Shown: positions 1 through 9,319, numbered from the stretch's first letter. The stretch is DNA of 59,432 nucleotides from Minisyncoccia bacterium (GCA_038207395.1 JBBQZW010000001.1:208862-268293), one strand, 5' to 3'. Notes: generated from the sequence alone by a model not told the origin. Made by a program: numbers and translations.

Positions 1-287
1 GATAGGAACACCGACAACGCCGCATCGCTATATACCCTTCGCGACAGACGTAGGCGTTCGATGAAGAGAGACGCTATCGCTGATGTACAGAATGCCGTAA
101 GGAGCGGATTAATCTTGAGGAAGAGACCTAGAGCAACTCCGGCAAGAGATACATGGGCGAGCGTATCCGATATAAGAGAGTATCGACGAAGAACGAGGAA
201 GATGCCGATCAAAGGTGCGATCACGGCGATGAGCGCCCCTGCCTCGAATGCTCGCACTATAAAGCTGTACTGGAAGAGAGAAAGCAT
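1..287 (-). CDS. znuB: Metal (Zn/Mn) ABC permease, 5' part (runs off the window)
   Basis: Manual translation from ATG 287: MLSLFQYSFIVRAFEAGALIAVIAPLIGIFLVLRRYSLISDTLAHVSLAGVALG (ABC-3 permease motif); directly follows znuC. Confidence 0.9.
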   Translation of the reverse strand, partial: MLSLFQYSFIVRAFEAGALIAVIAPLIGIFLVLRRYSLISDTLAHVSLAGVALGLFLKINPLLTAFCTSAIASLFIERLRLSRRVYSDAALSVFL

Positions 288-288
288 A

Positions 289-1023
289 TTAGTGGTGGTG
301 CGCGTACTTTGGCTTTTCATGCGCGACAGCATCTCGCGGATTGCCGTAATACCGGAGAGTGCGGTCTATAACCGCTACGCAGCTTGCTTCCTCAGCAATG
401 CGCTCGAGGTCGTGCGATATGAGAATAAGTGTCATACCCTGCTCCTTATTCAGCTTCACAAGAAGCTTGTAGAACTGCGCCTGAGTTTCCTCATCGACTC
501 CCGTAGTCGGTTCGTCGAGCACAATCAGATCAGGGTCGCTCGCAAGCGCTCGCGCGAGGAACACGCGCTGCTTTTGCCCTCCGGACAGATCGCTGACGCG
601 CCGGTCCTTGTAATCCTCCATACCTACTCGCACGAGCGCCTCGTGTGCTTTTTCGCGGTCTTCATTCTTGACACTGCGTAATAGACCGCGGCGCGCATAT
701 CTTCCCATAAGGACGACTTCCCCAACGGTCACAGGAAAGAGTGAATCGAAATCTATCGCCCGCTGCGAGACATAGCCAATACGCTCCCACTGCTTGAATC
801 GACAAATATCCTTCAAGAAGAGTTGGATCGTCCCACGTTCTGGTCGAAGAATTCGGAGAATCAATTTAAGAAGCGTGGTCTTTCCGCCGCCGTTGGGACC
901 GATGAGGCCGAGATAGTCCCCCTTACGTACGGAAATACTGACATCCGTAATGGCGTCAGTTTTTCCGTCGTACGAGAACGAGAGGTTCTCTACGCTTACG
1001 ATTATTTCTCTGTCTGGATTCAC
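289..1023 (-). CDS. znuC: Metal ABC transporter ATP-binding protein
   Basis: GPNGGGKT, LSGGQ, LDEPT, SHD; His-rich tail. Confidence 0.92.
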   Translation of the reverse strand: MNPDREIIVSVENLSFSYDGKTDAITDVSISVRKGDYLGLIGPNGGGKTTLLKLILRILRPERGTIQLFLKDICRFKQWERIGYVSQRAIDFDSLFPVTVGEVVLMGRYARRGLLRSVKNEDREKAHEALVRVGMEDYKDRRVSDLSGGQKQRVFLARALASDPDLIVLDEPTTGVDEETQAQFYKLLVKLNKEQGMTLILISHDLERIAEEASCVAVIDRTLRYYGNPRDAVAHEKPKYAHHH

Positions 1024-1943
1024 GCTTTGCAGTTTAACGCAGTCTGGAGGCTTTGGAGGTTGCTACGCATTACCGAGAAGTAATCGCCGCCCTTTGCCAG
1101 ATCCTCGTCGCTGATGCCTTCAATCGGGTCGAGCACGAGCGTCTTCGCGCCGATCTCGTTTGCAATGGTTTCTGACAGCTTTGGCGATACGAGGCTCTCG
1201 AAGAGTATGTACTTCACATTATGTAACTTTGCGAAGTCCGCCACTTTAGTGAGTTCTGATGGGGATGGCTCTACATCAGGGGAGAGGCCTGAGATGGCTA
1301 CTTGATTCAGTCCGTACCGCTCAGACATGTAAGCGAATGCTGCATGTGAGGTCACGATGTCTTTGCTCTGACAGCTCGCAAGACCTGATTTATATTCAGC
1401 GTCGAGCTGATCGAACTTCGCGTCGAGTGCCTGCTCATTCTTCGCGTAGTAGTCGGCATTCGCTGGGTCAGCCTGCGCAAATCCTTGCGCAATAGCATGC
1501 GCTTCCTGTCTTGCGATAGTCGGATCGAGCCAAATATGCGGATCACTCACCGTCTCGCCTTCCTCAGTAAGCTGTCTCGTGAGAAGCCCTTGGCCTGCAG
1601 TGATGACTGTCGTCTTGGTACCAGCAAGCTGGCTTTTTACTTTATCTCCCCAAGCTTCGACGCTGCCGTTTAGCACGAGTACATCCGCGCTTTCGATGCG
1701 CGCAACATCCTGAGTAGAAGGCTCGTAATCATGCGGCTCGGCACCCGATGGTGTTATGTTGCTGACAACTACCTTGTCGCCTCCGATCTCACTTGCAAGG
1801 AAGTACATCGGATAGAAGGATGCTACCACTTGAACTTTTCCGTTAGTAACAGTTTGTGGCGTCTTTGCCTTATAGACATACGTTCCAATCGCCAGTGCGG
1901 CGAGAACGACTAGAACTACCCCGATCGCTTGTTTGCTATTCAT
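1020..1943 (-). CDS. znuA: Zinc ABC substrate-binding protein
   Basis: EPHDYEP, DPHIWLDP, SHAAFAY motifs of the ZnuA/AdcA family; N-terminal TM anchor. Confidence 0.92.
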   Translation of the reverse strand: MNSKQAIGVVLVVLAALAIGTYVYKAKTPQTVTNGKVQVVASFYPMYFLASEIGGDKVVVSNITPSGAEPHDYEPSTQDVARIESADVLVLNGSVEAWGDKVKSQLAGTKTTVITAGQGLLTRQLTEEGETVSDPHIWLDPTIARQEAHAIAQGFAQADPANADYYAKNEQALDAKFDQLDAEYKSGLASCQSKDIVTSHAAFAYMSERYGLNQVAISGLSPDVEPSPSELTKVADFAKLHNVKYILFESLVSPKLSETIANEIGAKTLVLDPIEGISDEDLAKGGDYFSVMRSNLQSLQTALNCKA

Positions 1944-1984
1944 GAATATTAGTAATTAGGCTATTACGTGTAGATTAGTATAGA

Positions 1985-2003
1985 TGCAATTATATTGCAA
2001 TAA
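1985..2003 (-). promoter_or_regulatory. Putative Zur operator 1 (TTATTGCAATATAATTGCA)
   Basis: TGCAAT-N3-ATTGCA palindrome upstream of znuA; near-identical sites at 2049 and 5105. Confidence 0.7.
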
Positions 2004-2048
2004 CAGATGAATGAGTACGCCTAGCTTTTATAGCTGGGTACAAATTCT

Positions 2049-2067
2049 TTATTGCAAATCAATTGCA
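2049..2067 (+). promoter_or_regulatory. Putative Zur operator 2 (TTATTGCAAATCAATTGCA)
   Basis: Same motif, just upstream of the zur -10-like TACAGT. Confidence 0.65.
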
Positions 2068-2088
2068 CTTATAGTACAGTAACCATCA

Positions 2089-2517
2089 ATGAAAGCCTCT
2101 GGCACTAGTATCGAGTACACAGATCTTTTACGTGACGCGGGTCTCCGGGCCACTCCTGGCCGAATACTCTTACTTCAAGTTCTAGAAAGAGAACCTAAAC
2201 CGCTTACCGTGTATCAGATAGAGAAAAAGTTAGACGGTAAGGTAAATCAGGTAACTATCTATCGCTCCCTAGACGCTCTCTATAAAGCACAGATCGTAAA
2301 GCGTGTGAATCTGGAGCATGATCACGCTCATTTTGAGCTAGCAGCAGGTCGCGAGCACCATCATCATGCCGTGTGCCGCAATTGCGGATACATAGAGAAT
2401 ATAGAAATACCTCATGCAGTTAAACCGGAACGGGAAGCAATGAAACAGACGGAAAGATTCTCATTCCTTGATACGTATTCTTTAGAATTTTTCGGTCTCT
2501 GCAAAAAATGTGATTAA
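2089..2517 (+). CDS. zur: Fur-family regulator, likely Zur
   Basis: TIYRSL helix, HHHHAVCRNCG and C-terminal CKKC; divergent from znuACB. Confidence 0.85.
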   Translation: MKASGTSIEYTDLLRDAGLRATPGRILLLQVLEREPKPLTVYQIEKKLDGKVNQVTIYRSLDALYKAQIVKRVNLEHDHAHFELAAGREHHHHAVCRNCGYIENIEIPHAVKPEREAMKQTERFSFLDTYSLEFFGLCKKCD

Positions 2518-2521
2518 GAAA

Positions 2522-2546
2522 AGACCCTGCCGGAATGACAGGGTCT
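2522..2546. terminator. Hairpin between convergent genes
   Basis: AGACCCTG...CAGGGTCT. Confidence 0.5.
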
Positions 2547-2551
2547 GAGTT

Positions 2552-4054
2552 TTAGGACTCGGCACACGTTGAGTCGCACTCCGAAGGGCGAATGCGAGGA
2601 AGGTTCCGTCGACTCCATTCCATCGTTCCGCCTTGGAGACTGAACGTGTTCAGAAGTCCGAGGCTCCGTGCCTTAACAGCCAAGGACGTGCTTTGTACCC
2701 CGATACTACAAACCAGTACTACCTTTTCCGCACTCTTGAGCCTCGGCACGAATATCGAAGCCAAATGTTCGCTGAATATCTGGTGTTCGACACGTAACGC
2801 GCCTGGTAAATGGTGGTCAGCGAACTCGCGAGGAGTACGGAGGTCGATAATCCGAACTTCCTTCCGAAGCAATGCCTCTTCAGGAATACCCACACGCACT
2901 TGTTCACGTAATGTCTCAGCGGATTGGCCGTAAGCATACGAGAGACAGGTATCAACATCCAGCTCCGCGCTTCTGATATCAGCTAGGTCAGGAAGGGTTG
3001 TCTCCTTCTCAGGCTGGGCTTGATACCTAAGCAAGTGAGCGTTCCGCAACGGCGGAAACGCATCATCCTCAAGGTACCGTTCGTATTCCTCAAGGTACGG
3101 GAGTGGACTGTCCGGCGCGATAAACACCGCGACCACTTCCCCGTCGCTATTCCTATGAAGGTCTAGCGTTCCTTCCTGTACTTTAGCTTCTAGAAACTCA
3201 AGCAGTCCAGCATAAGCAAATCCAGAACTCGGACCCGCCATGAGACCTTCGCGACACAGTCGCATACTAGCTTTGTACGCCGCACCCGTTCCAATCTGAT
3301 GTAGGTGATCGACATACTTACGCCACGGGAATGCTATTTCCTTGAGCAAGCTTTCTGTGCGAACACCAGGAACAGGATTATTCGGAACACGAACAACACC
3401 TATGGACGAGAGAGTTGGAGACTGTTCCTTCAGATACTGGCTTGTACCGACCAGCGTACCAGTCGTACCAAGTCCGGCACACAACAAGGTTACTTTCCCT
3501 TCGGTCTGTTCCCAGATTTGCGGACCCGTCCAGCGCATGTGCGCGTTTGGGTTAGCATCGTTATCGTACTGGCCGGGGTTGTAGAACCCAGGAGTAGCTC
3601 CACGACGTTTCGCCTGGTTGATGCCACTTTCCGGATCTTCCGGATCGGGACAAATATCCTCTTCGATAACTTCGATTTCGGTTCCGAAAAGCCTAAGAAG
3701 CCTGAGTTTGCCTGGTTCGACCTCGTTCGAGGCGAGAGCGACAGTGCTGTTGATGCCGTAGACCGCTCGCGCGACCACGCCAGCCGAGAAGACCGTGTTA
3801 CCGGACGAGCTTTCAACAAGCGTATGAACCCCTTCAAGCCTTCCAGTTTGATGTGCGTTTTCGAGCATGCTGTACGCCGGAAGCGACTTAACGTTCCCGA
3901 GCGGCAAGAATGCCATGAGCTTTACGAAGATTCGTACGCGTTGGTCATGATACGGATTTAACACCGGAGGTAACTCAACCAGCGGTGTAACGTGGTTATC
4001 AGGATTCAGGAACGCTGCAAGAGCGTCTGGACCCCGGAATGTTGTTGGGGACAT
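2552..4054 (-). CDS. PLP-dependent cysteine synthase-family protein fused to a C-terminal rhodanese domain
   Basis: GNVKSLPA (PLP Lys), ESSSGNT, GLGTTGT, GPSSG; IDLRTPREFADHHLPGA, VCSIG, LQGG rhodanese motifs. Confidence 0.85.
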   Translation of the reverse strand: MSPTTFRGPDALAAFLNPDNHVTPLVELPPVLNPYHDQRVRIFVKLMAFLPLGNVKSLPAYSMLENAHQTGRLEGVHTLVESSSGNTVFSAGVVARAVYGINSTVALASNEVEPGKLRLLRLFGTEIEVIEEDICPDPEDPESGINQAKRRGATPGFYNPGQYDNDANPNAHMRWTGPQIWEQTEGKVTLLCAGLGTTGTLVGTSQYLKEQSPTLSSIGVVRVPNNPVPGVRTESLLKEIAFPWRKYVDHLHQIGTGAAYKASMRLCREGLMAGPSSGFAYAGLLEFLEAKVQEGTLDLHRNSDGEVVAVFIAPDSPLPYLEEYERYLEDDAFPPLRNAHLLRYQAQPEKETTLPDLADIRSAELDVDTCLSYAYGQSAETLREQVRVGIPEEALLRKEVRIIDLRTPREFADHHLPGALRVEHQIFSEHLASIFVPRLKSAEKVVLVCSIGVQSTSLAVKARSLGLLNTFSLQGGTMEWSRRNLPRIRPSECDSTCAES

Positions 4055-4110
4055 AACGCCCTCCTTCTACTTTGTTGTTGGAAAGAACTTCGTTGTCTCA
4101 CCGGTTCTTC

Positions 4111-5076
4111 TTACGAAGAGGTGCGGTGGTATGAAAAGTTAGGGTCTATTTGTTCGGATAGGTCACCAAAGCGCTCTGTAATATATGCCTGTGCTACATA
4201 ACGACGATGGAGGTCATGGAGCATCTTGAGACGAATATCCGGGTCAACACGAGAAGCAATCAATCGTTCCTCAATTGTCTTTAAGAGCTCTTGGTTCTCT
4301 GACTCGAGTCTAGTTATATCGAATGCTCCACCTTCGCGTTCGATTTCAAGGAGGTATGCAGAGCGTCTGAGAAATCCGAGAAGCTTCTCCGCAGGAATAT
4401 GCTTACTTAGGTACGCTTCTTCCTCCTCACTTGATACCTTGTTCCCTATTACGACGAGCGAGTCGGAGATGCCAGCTTCCTCAGCAAGTGCCTGATACTG
4501 TTTGAATACTTCGACGCTTCGATGCGTCGGTTCAACAACAAGTACAAGCAGATCAAACTGTGCATGGAGCGTTCCAGCGAATGCATCGATGCCTGCGACC
4601 ATATCAGCTACGACCACACTTTCACTGTCATCCGTATGAGAGAGCACGTTCTCTAGTATTGAGAGGTTGTTGTGATAGCAACTTGTTCCGATACCGTCTT
4701 CGCTGTAGGTACCCACTGTCATGAAGCGGAGCGTCCCTTTTTGCACAGCGAAGCTTTGGAGAACCAGGTCTCCTTCATCATGAATACGGATAAGATTTGA
4801 TCCTTCTCCTGGAGGTGTACTCTTCTTAAAGTGAGATGGTTCCTTGATACGCGTATTGGTTCCGCGTAGGTGGTCCTGGATTGTACGCCCAGCTTTAGGG
4901 TGCGAAATATGCGAGGTTTCAGGGAGTGTTTCGAACCCAAGGAGTTCCCCAAGATGCATATTAAGGTCTGCGTCTATAGCAAGGACTGAACTTCCCTTAT
5001 GAGCAAGATGCGCTGTGAATAGGCCACTGGTAGTGGTTTTACCTGCTCCTCCCTTTCCTACGAATGCAATTTTCAT
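4111..5076 (-). CDS. CooC/MinD-like ATPase
   Basis: MKIAFVGKGGAGKTT, IDAD, DMVAG, GNKV. Confidence 0.8.
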   Translation of the reverse strand: MKIAFVGKGGAGKTTTSGLFTAHLAHKGSSVLAIDADLNMHLGELLGFETLPETSHISHPKAGRTIQDHLRGTNTRIKEPSHFKKSTPPGEGSNLIRIHDEGDLVLQSFAVQKGTLRFMTVGTYSEDGIGTSCYHNNLSILENVLSHTDDSESVVVADMVAGIDAFAGTLHAQFDLLVLVVEPTHRSVEVFKQYQALAEEAGISDSLVVIGNKVSSEEEEAYLSKHIPAEKLLGFLRRSAYLLEIEREGGAFDITRLESENQELLKTIEERLIASRVDPDIRLKMLHDLHRRYVAQAYITERFGDLSEQIDPNFSYHRTSS

Positions 5077-5104
5077 GTCCTGACACTATAATCCAGAACC
5101 TTTC

Positions 5105-5123
5105 TTATTGCAATATTATTGCA
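5105..5123 (+). promoter_or_regulatory. Putative Zur operator 3 (TTATTGCAATATTATTGCA)
   Basis: Matches operators 1 and 2; lies between the divergent CooC-like and membrane-protein genes. Confidence 0.7.
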
Positions 5124-5166
5124 TTTATATAGTATGACCTCAGGACTCATTCAAAGGGTAGATCTC

Positions 5167-5685
5167 ATGAATATACGTTCTTTGATGCTTAGGGGGTTCC
5201 TCGGCATATACATCGTTCTGTTGCTCTACCACCTCTTTACGGAGGCGCATGAGATAACAGTGCTGGCGGCAGGAGCTCTACTTTTAGGAGTAGGGGTGGC
5301 TGTCTATGCACATTCTCGGAGCGGCTGGGTGCTCTATTCCCTGCTCGTTCTGCACATGGCTGTGGAGTGGGTTGGGTATGGTATACGTAGTTGGGTATTC
5401 TTATGGCCTGACAGCGCGTTTGAACTCACACACCTGGCATTCGATATCTGTTTCCTCTTCATCGTAGCGAAGATGCAGTGGAAGCAGAGTTATCTTCTTG
5501 TGTTCCCTGGAACATTAGTCATCTTGGGAGCGATCTCAGTCCTGGTGCCGATACTCCTTCCTACTTCCCATGCTCCGCATGGTCTGGAAATCGGGACTCT
5601 CGAATTCCTAATATTGGGAGGAATTCTAGGGTGTACTGGATTTCATCTAGTACGTCCTTTCAAAACTAGTCAACAAAATTGTTAA
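5167..5685 (+). CDS. His-containing polytopic membrane protein
   Basis: About 6 TM segments with scattered His; ATG 5167 preferred because the track's TTG start lies inside the operator. Confidence 0.65.
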   Translation: MNIRSLMLRGFLGIYIVLLLYHLFTEAHEITVLAAGALLLGVGVAVYAHSRSGWVLYSLLVLHMAVEWVGYGIRSWVFLWPDSAFELTHLAFDICFLFIVAKMQWKQSYLLVFPGTLVILGAISVLVPILLPTSHAPHGLEIGTLEFLILGGILGCTGFHLVRPFKTSQQNC

Positions 5686-5724
5686 CCAGATTCGCCGGGA
5701 ACCGAAAGGTGCCCGGCGATGTCT

Positions 5725-5805
5725 CTAGGATTCGAACCGGGATCTAACACGCATTTAAAGGGGTTCTAACTTTTCTTAATCTGCACCTGTCTAGGACTCG
5801 AACCT
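5725..5805 (-). repeat. Two degenerate copies of the tRNA-Gln T-arm
   Basis: CTAGGATTCGAACC (5725-5738) and CTAGGACTCGAACCT (5791-5805); the latter is identical to 5877-5891 in the tRNA. Confidence 0.7.
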
Positions 5806-5865
5806 GAGTCTCCAAAATACCTTTTGTTTATCGACGCGTCTCGAGCGCGATAACCTAGCACGAGT

Positions 5866-5939
5866 TGGCTGCGGGACTAGGACTCGAACCTAGATAAACG
5901 GTACCAGAAACCGTTGTCCTACCATTAGACGATCCCGCA
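5866..5939 (-). tRNA. tRNA-Gln(CTG)
   Basis: TGCGGGA/TCCCGCA acceptor stem, ACGGT-TTCTGGT-ACCGT anticodon arm, TTCGAGT T-loop, encoded CCA. Confidence 0.95.
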
Positions 5940-6038
5940 ATTACTACAACCGTAGTGTCGGAATTGTAGCAAATTGGGTGATTTTTGCATCTCTTCCGCA
6001 CATTCTCATGCACTCTCTCAGCCCTTAGTTCATTGTGC

Positions 6039-6722
6039 TTATTTCGACTTAGGCCAACGGTATGCTGCAGGCGGCCATAGTTTAGTAAGCGCATGGTCAC
6101 TGCAGTTGTGAGGAATTGCCTTGCATATGTAGCGCCCGTACAGAACGAGTCCGTTATTTACGTATTTCCAGTCCCTTTTTGGTATTAGAGCTTCAAGGTC
6201 TTTGGAGATCTTGGTAAGTTCAGTCTGTTCCGTTAGATCAAAGCGGAGTGCAAACCTACGCACGTGAGTGTCAGTGGGAATGCCTTCCCAGGTATTAAAA
6301 AGTTCACCCATAATTACGTGAGCAGACTTATACGCAACACCGGGAAGCTGAATGAGTTCAGCTTCAGTACGCGGCACCTCCCCACCAAATACTTCTTCTA
6401 CTACCTTGCCCGAACCAATGAGGTAGCGTGCCTTCGCACGGTTATACGTGATTCCGGGAAGCTCCTCCGTTAAGGTCTGCCAGTCTGCTGCAGCAAAGTC
6501 AGCAGGAGTTTTATATTTCTGGTAGAGGGTTTCGGTTACTCTGTTCACCATCTTATCCGTGCACTGCGCCGACATCATCACCGCAGCAACGAGCTGGAAG
6601 GGTGTTTCGTAGTTTAGCTCTGTCTTTGCTTCCGGATATGCTTTCTTTAGGTACGCAATAATCTTTTTCGCACGTAGTTTTCGTTCCTCAAGAGTACTTA
6701 GTACCGGGAGCGCACTGGTCAT
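6039..6722 (-). CDS. nth: Endonuclease III (HhH-GPD glycosylase)
   Basis: SAQCTD, LPGVAYKSA, TDTHV; Fe-S motif degenerate. Confidence 0.88.
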   Translation of the reverse strand: MTSALPVLSTLEERKLRAKKIIAYLKKAYPEAKTELNYETPFQLVAAVMMSAQCTDKMVNRVTETLYQKYKTPADFAAADWQTLTEELPGITYNRAKARYLIGSGKVVEEVFGGEVPRTEAELIQLPGVAYKSAHVIMGELFNTWEGIPTDTHVRRFALRFDLTEQTELTKISKDLEALIPKRDWKYVNNGLVLYGRYICKAIPHNCSDHALTKLWPPAAYRWPKSK

Positions 6723-7195
6723 ACCTTAAGCGCCGCGTAGTCCGCAAGAACTTCTGCAGCATGCGCTTCAGGCTTCACGGTCTCATACACTTTCGCAATC
6801 GCTCCGTCAGGCGAAACAAGGAATGACACCCGGTTAATACCTTCATACTCACGGCCCATAAATTTCTTTGGTCCCCAAACACCATATTGGCGAGCAACCA
6901 CCGCACCTTCGTCCGCAAGAAGAGTAAACGGGAGCTGATATTTTTCTTCAAACTTCTTATGACTTTTGACGGAATCAGGAGAGATTCCGAGAACGGTCAT
7001 GCTACTCGTGTTGAAATCAGGAAAGGCATCACGAATGGCACAGGCTTCTTTGGTGCATCCTGGAGTATCGTCCTTTGGATAGAAATAGATAAGTACCCAC
7101 TGTCCAAGGTAAGAAGCGAGTGAACGCTCAACTCCATTCTGATCTGGAAGCGTAAAGGTAGGTGCAGGCGAACCGGTAGTTGGAAGGTTGGTCAT
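6719..7195 (-). CDS. bcp: Peroxiredoxin BCP
   Basis: YFYPKDDTPGCTKEAC. Confidence 0.93.
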   Translation of the reverse strand: MTNLPTTGSPAPTFTLPDQNGVERSLASYLGQWVLIYFYPKDDTPGCTKEACAIRDAFPDFNTSSMTVLGISPDSVKSHKKFEEKYQLPFTLLADEGAVVARQYGVWGPKKFMGREYEGINRVSFLVSPDGAIAKVYETVKPEAHAAEVLADYAALKV

Positions 7196-7226
7196 ATCTT
7201 TCTAAGATACCGTTAATCCCATTCTG

Positions 7227-8354
7227 CTACCACTCCACTCCAAATGACTTTTTGAGTGAATACAGAACCAGAGCGCCAGCACACACTATAGTGAGAAGTA
7301 TGATTAAGAGACCTCCAATCGTTGGGATAAGACCTATGACATGAAGAAGTATGGTTCCAAGAACGGCATCCTGCCATGAGAATTCATGCACGCCATGTAG
7401 TCTGAATAAAAGAGTACGGCGAAGTACAGCTCCGAGTATGATTCCTGAAAAGGCGTACGCAAGGAGTGCAAGGAGTGCGTACAGAACGATAAGCAGGAAC
7501 GAAAGACCTGCTCCCACAAATGAAATTAGGAAAAAGAGACAGAGCACCGGGGAGAGCACCGCAATAGAAAGACCTACGATAAAAAGTTTAGCTAGGCGAT
7601 ACCACTCTCTCGTATATATCATCCCCACGATATGTTGTGAGAATACAGGAAACAATCCAGCGATAAGACCGGCTACGATACTGCCTGCAAAGACACGTAC
7701 GGCAAAGAATAGAAAAGTACCAATTACCACATACTGGTGAGCCTGTTCATTTGTGGGGACGTACGCGTAGGCGCCCGTATACCGAGCTCCCTGCTCAAGA
7801 ACAATACCCTTTGGAAGTATGAGCGCCTCTGGTGCGTTATACGTGAGCGTTCCTCGAATATGAGTACCTTCTCCAAGCGTGAAGCGGTTACTTGCAACCA
7901 CGGACACATTACCTTCGTACTCTCCACTCAGGAAGACATTTACTCCGTATATAGTTACGTTCCCTGAGGAGCCACCTTCAACACTAACTGAACCGCCCGC
8001 AGCATAGATGGTGCGGGCAGGACTGTAGAGACGAACCGTTCCTCCTGCAACAGCAAGATCCTTCCCTACCGGTCCGCTCACGGTTACTTTCCCGCCAAGC
8101 ATGCGCACATTTCCTCCAGCTCCTTGGTTTACCGAAAGCGTTCCTCCTGCAGCAAGAATGTCACCACTAACGGGTGCGTCCACGATCACGGAACCGCCCG
8201 CAGTAATCAAGTCTGCAGCAAGTGGTTGGGTTATATCAACCCGTGACTGCGTAACGTAGGCGTTTGCAGGAAAGGTACTGGACGCCGGTACGTATGGTGC
8301 TGCTCCCGCAGAAAGTGGCACTAAGAGGAGCGGAATAAGGAGCAGACGATACAT
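7227..8354 (-). CDS. Membrane protein with beta-helix (bactofilin-like) Gly-rich repeats
   Basis: Signal peptide, repeated D-L/I-x-x-A-G-G-x-V units, then about 5 TM helices. Confidence 0.65.
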   Translation of the reverse strand: MYRLLLIPLLLVPLSAGAAPYVPASSTFPANAYVTQSRVDITQPLAADLITAGGSVIVDAPVSGDILAAGGTLSVNQGAGGNVRMLGGKVTVSGPVGKDLAVAGGTVRLYSPARTIYAAGGSVSVEGGSSGNVTIYGVNVFLSGEYEGNVSVVASNRFTLGEGTHIRGTLTYNAPEALILPKGIVLEQGARYTGAYAYVPTNEQAHQYVVIGTFLFFAVRVFAGSIVAGLIAGLFPVFSQHIVGMIYTREWYRLAKLFIVGLSIAVLSPVLCLFFLISFVGAGLSFLLIVLYALLALLAYAFSGIILGAVLRRTLLFRLHGVHEFSWQDAVLGTILLHVIGLIPTIGGLLIILLTIVCAGALVLYSLKKSFGVEW

Positions 8355-8363
8355 ATAGGTAGT

Positions 8364-8810
8364 CTACACCACCACGTTAGGTGGTTCGTGTCGAGTGCGT
8401 AAAAGAAGGGATGTGCTCACAAAAATACCCAGAGCCAAGACGAATGAGCCCATGCAGTAAATACAGATGGCGTTAATCACAAAGAGCTGAAGCCAGACAG
8501 AATATAGGGAGAAGAGCATGCCGATAACACCGAGTCCAAAGAGCGCTTGTATAATTCGTTTTGTCGAACTTCTTCGAGCAATAATCGCGCCAAAGAATAC
8601 CAAGGTGTAAAAGATAACTCCGTACACCCCAAGGGGTATGCCAAAGAACTGAGAGTACTGACTCTGAGCTACCGTGTTACAGCCGGAAATAGCTTCAATA
8701 CCGCATGAGAGTGCCGTATTAGTAAGTGCGTGCTGCGCTAGATACAAGGAATCCGCAATGCCAGCAAGCGAAAAAACAATAACAAGCCCTAAGAGTCGAG
8801 ACGTACGCAT
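8364..8810 (-). CDS. Vitamin K epoxide reductase (VKOR) family protein
   Basis: C...SGC..V..S.YS...GIP loop and CIYC active site. Confidence 0.9.
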   Translation of the reverse strand: MRTSRLLGLVIVFSLAGIADSLYLAQHALTNTALSCGIEAISGCNTVAQSQYSQFFGIPLGVYGVIFYTLVFFGAIIARRSSTKRIIQALFGLGVIGMLFSLYSVWLQLFVINAICIYCMGSFVLALGIFVSTSLLLRTRHEPPNVVV

Positions 8811-8833
8811 AGTAGATATAGTATACTATCCTC

Positions 8834-9241
8834 ATGGACGACGCACACTTCAAAGAAACACTTACCCCCGAGGAATATGCCGTATTGCGCGAAGGCGCTA
8901 CGGAAGCCCCATTTAAAGGCGCCTATGTCGATAACCACGAATCAGGCATGTATAAATGTAAGGCGTGCAGTGTTGATCTCTTTGCTTCAGATACCAAATT
9001 TGATTCAGGGAGCGGCTGGCCTTCATTCACTGACCCTGCAGTCGCGGCGAATGTAGGAACCCGTTCTGATGATTCGCTTGGCATGCATCGGACTGAAGTA
9101 TTTTGTAAGAACTGTGGCAGCCACCTTGGTCACGTCTTTGATGATGGACCTAAGGACAAAGGCGGCAAACGATACTGCATTAATTCTATCTCTCTCGACT
9201 TTACTGCGGGAGATAGTACTGACGCAGCGAAAGCAGCATAG
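8834..9241 (+). CDS. msrB: Methionine-R-sulfoxide reductase
   Basis: GWPSF, HLGHVFDDGP, RYCINS, two CxxC. Confidence 0.95.
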   Translation: MDDAHFKETLTPEEYAVLREGATEAPFKGAYVDNHESGMYKCKACSVDLFASDTKFDSGSGWPSFTDPAVAANVGTRSDDSLGMHRTEVFCKNCGSHLGHVFDDGPKDKGGKRYCINSISLDFTAGDSTDAAKAA

Positions 9242-9273
9242 TTGTTTAGCCATAAAGGTAAGAACTACTCAGA

Positions 9274-9304
9274 AAACACCCTCGGACTTCGTCCGAGGGT
9301 GTTT
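9274..9304. terminator. Bidirectional intrinsic terminator
   Basis: AAACACCCTCGGAC-TTC-GTCCGAGGGTGTTT between convergent genes. Confidence 0.75.
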
Positions 9305-9319
9305 GTTTTTCTGTAGAAA

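Noticed and set aside
61-681. 206-aa plus-strand ORF (and similar antisense ORFs over other ABC, typA, acrB and pyrG genes)
   Set aside because: Shadow frames opposite well-supported genes, with no independent motifs
5725-5891. Repeats with 66- and 86-nt periodicity as a CRISPR array
   Set aside because: Only about 15 bp, identical to the tRNA T-arm, irregular spacing, no cas genes
5855-6100. 81-aa ORF
   Set aside because: Overlaps tRNA-Gln and the nth 3' end; its translation is tRNA sequence
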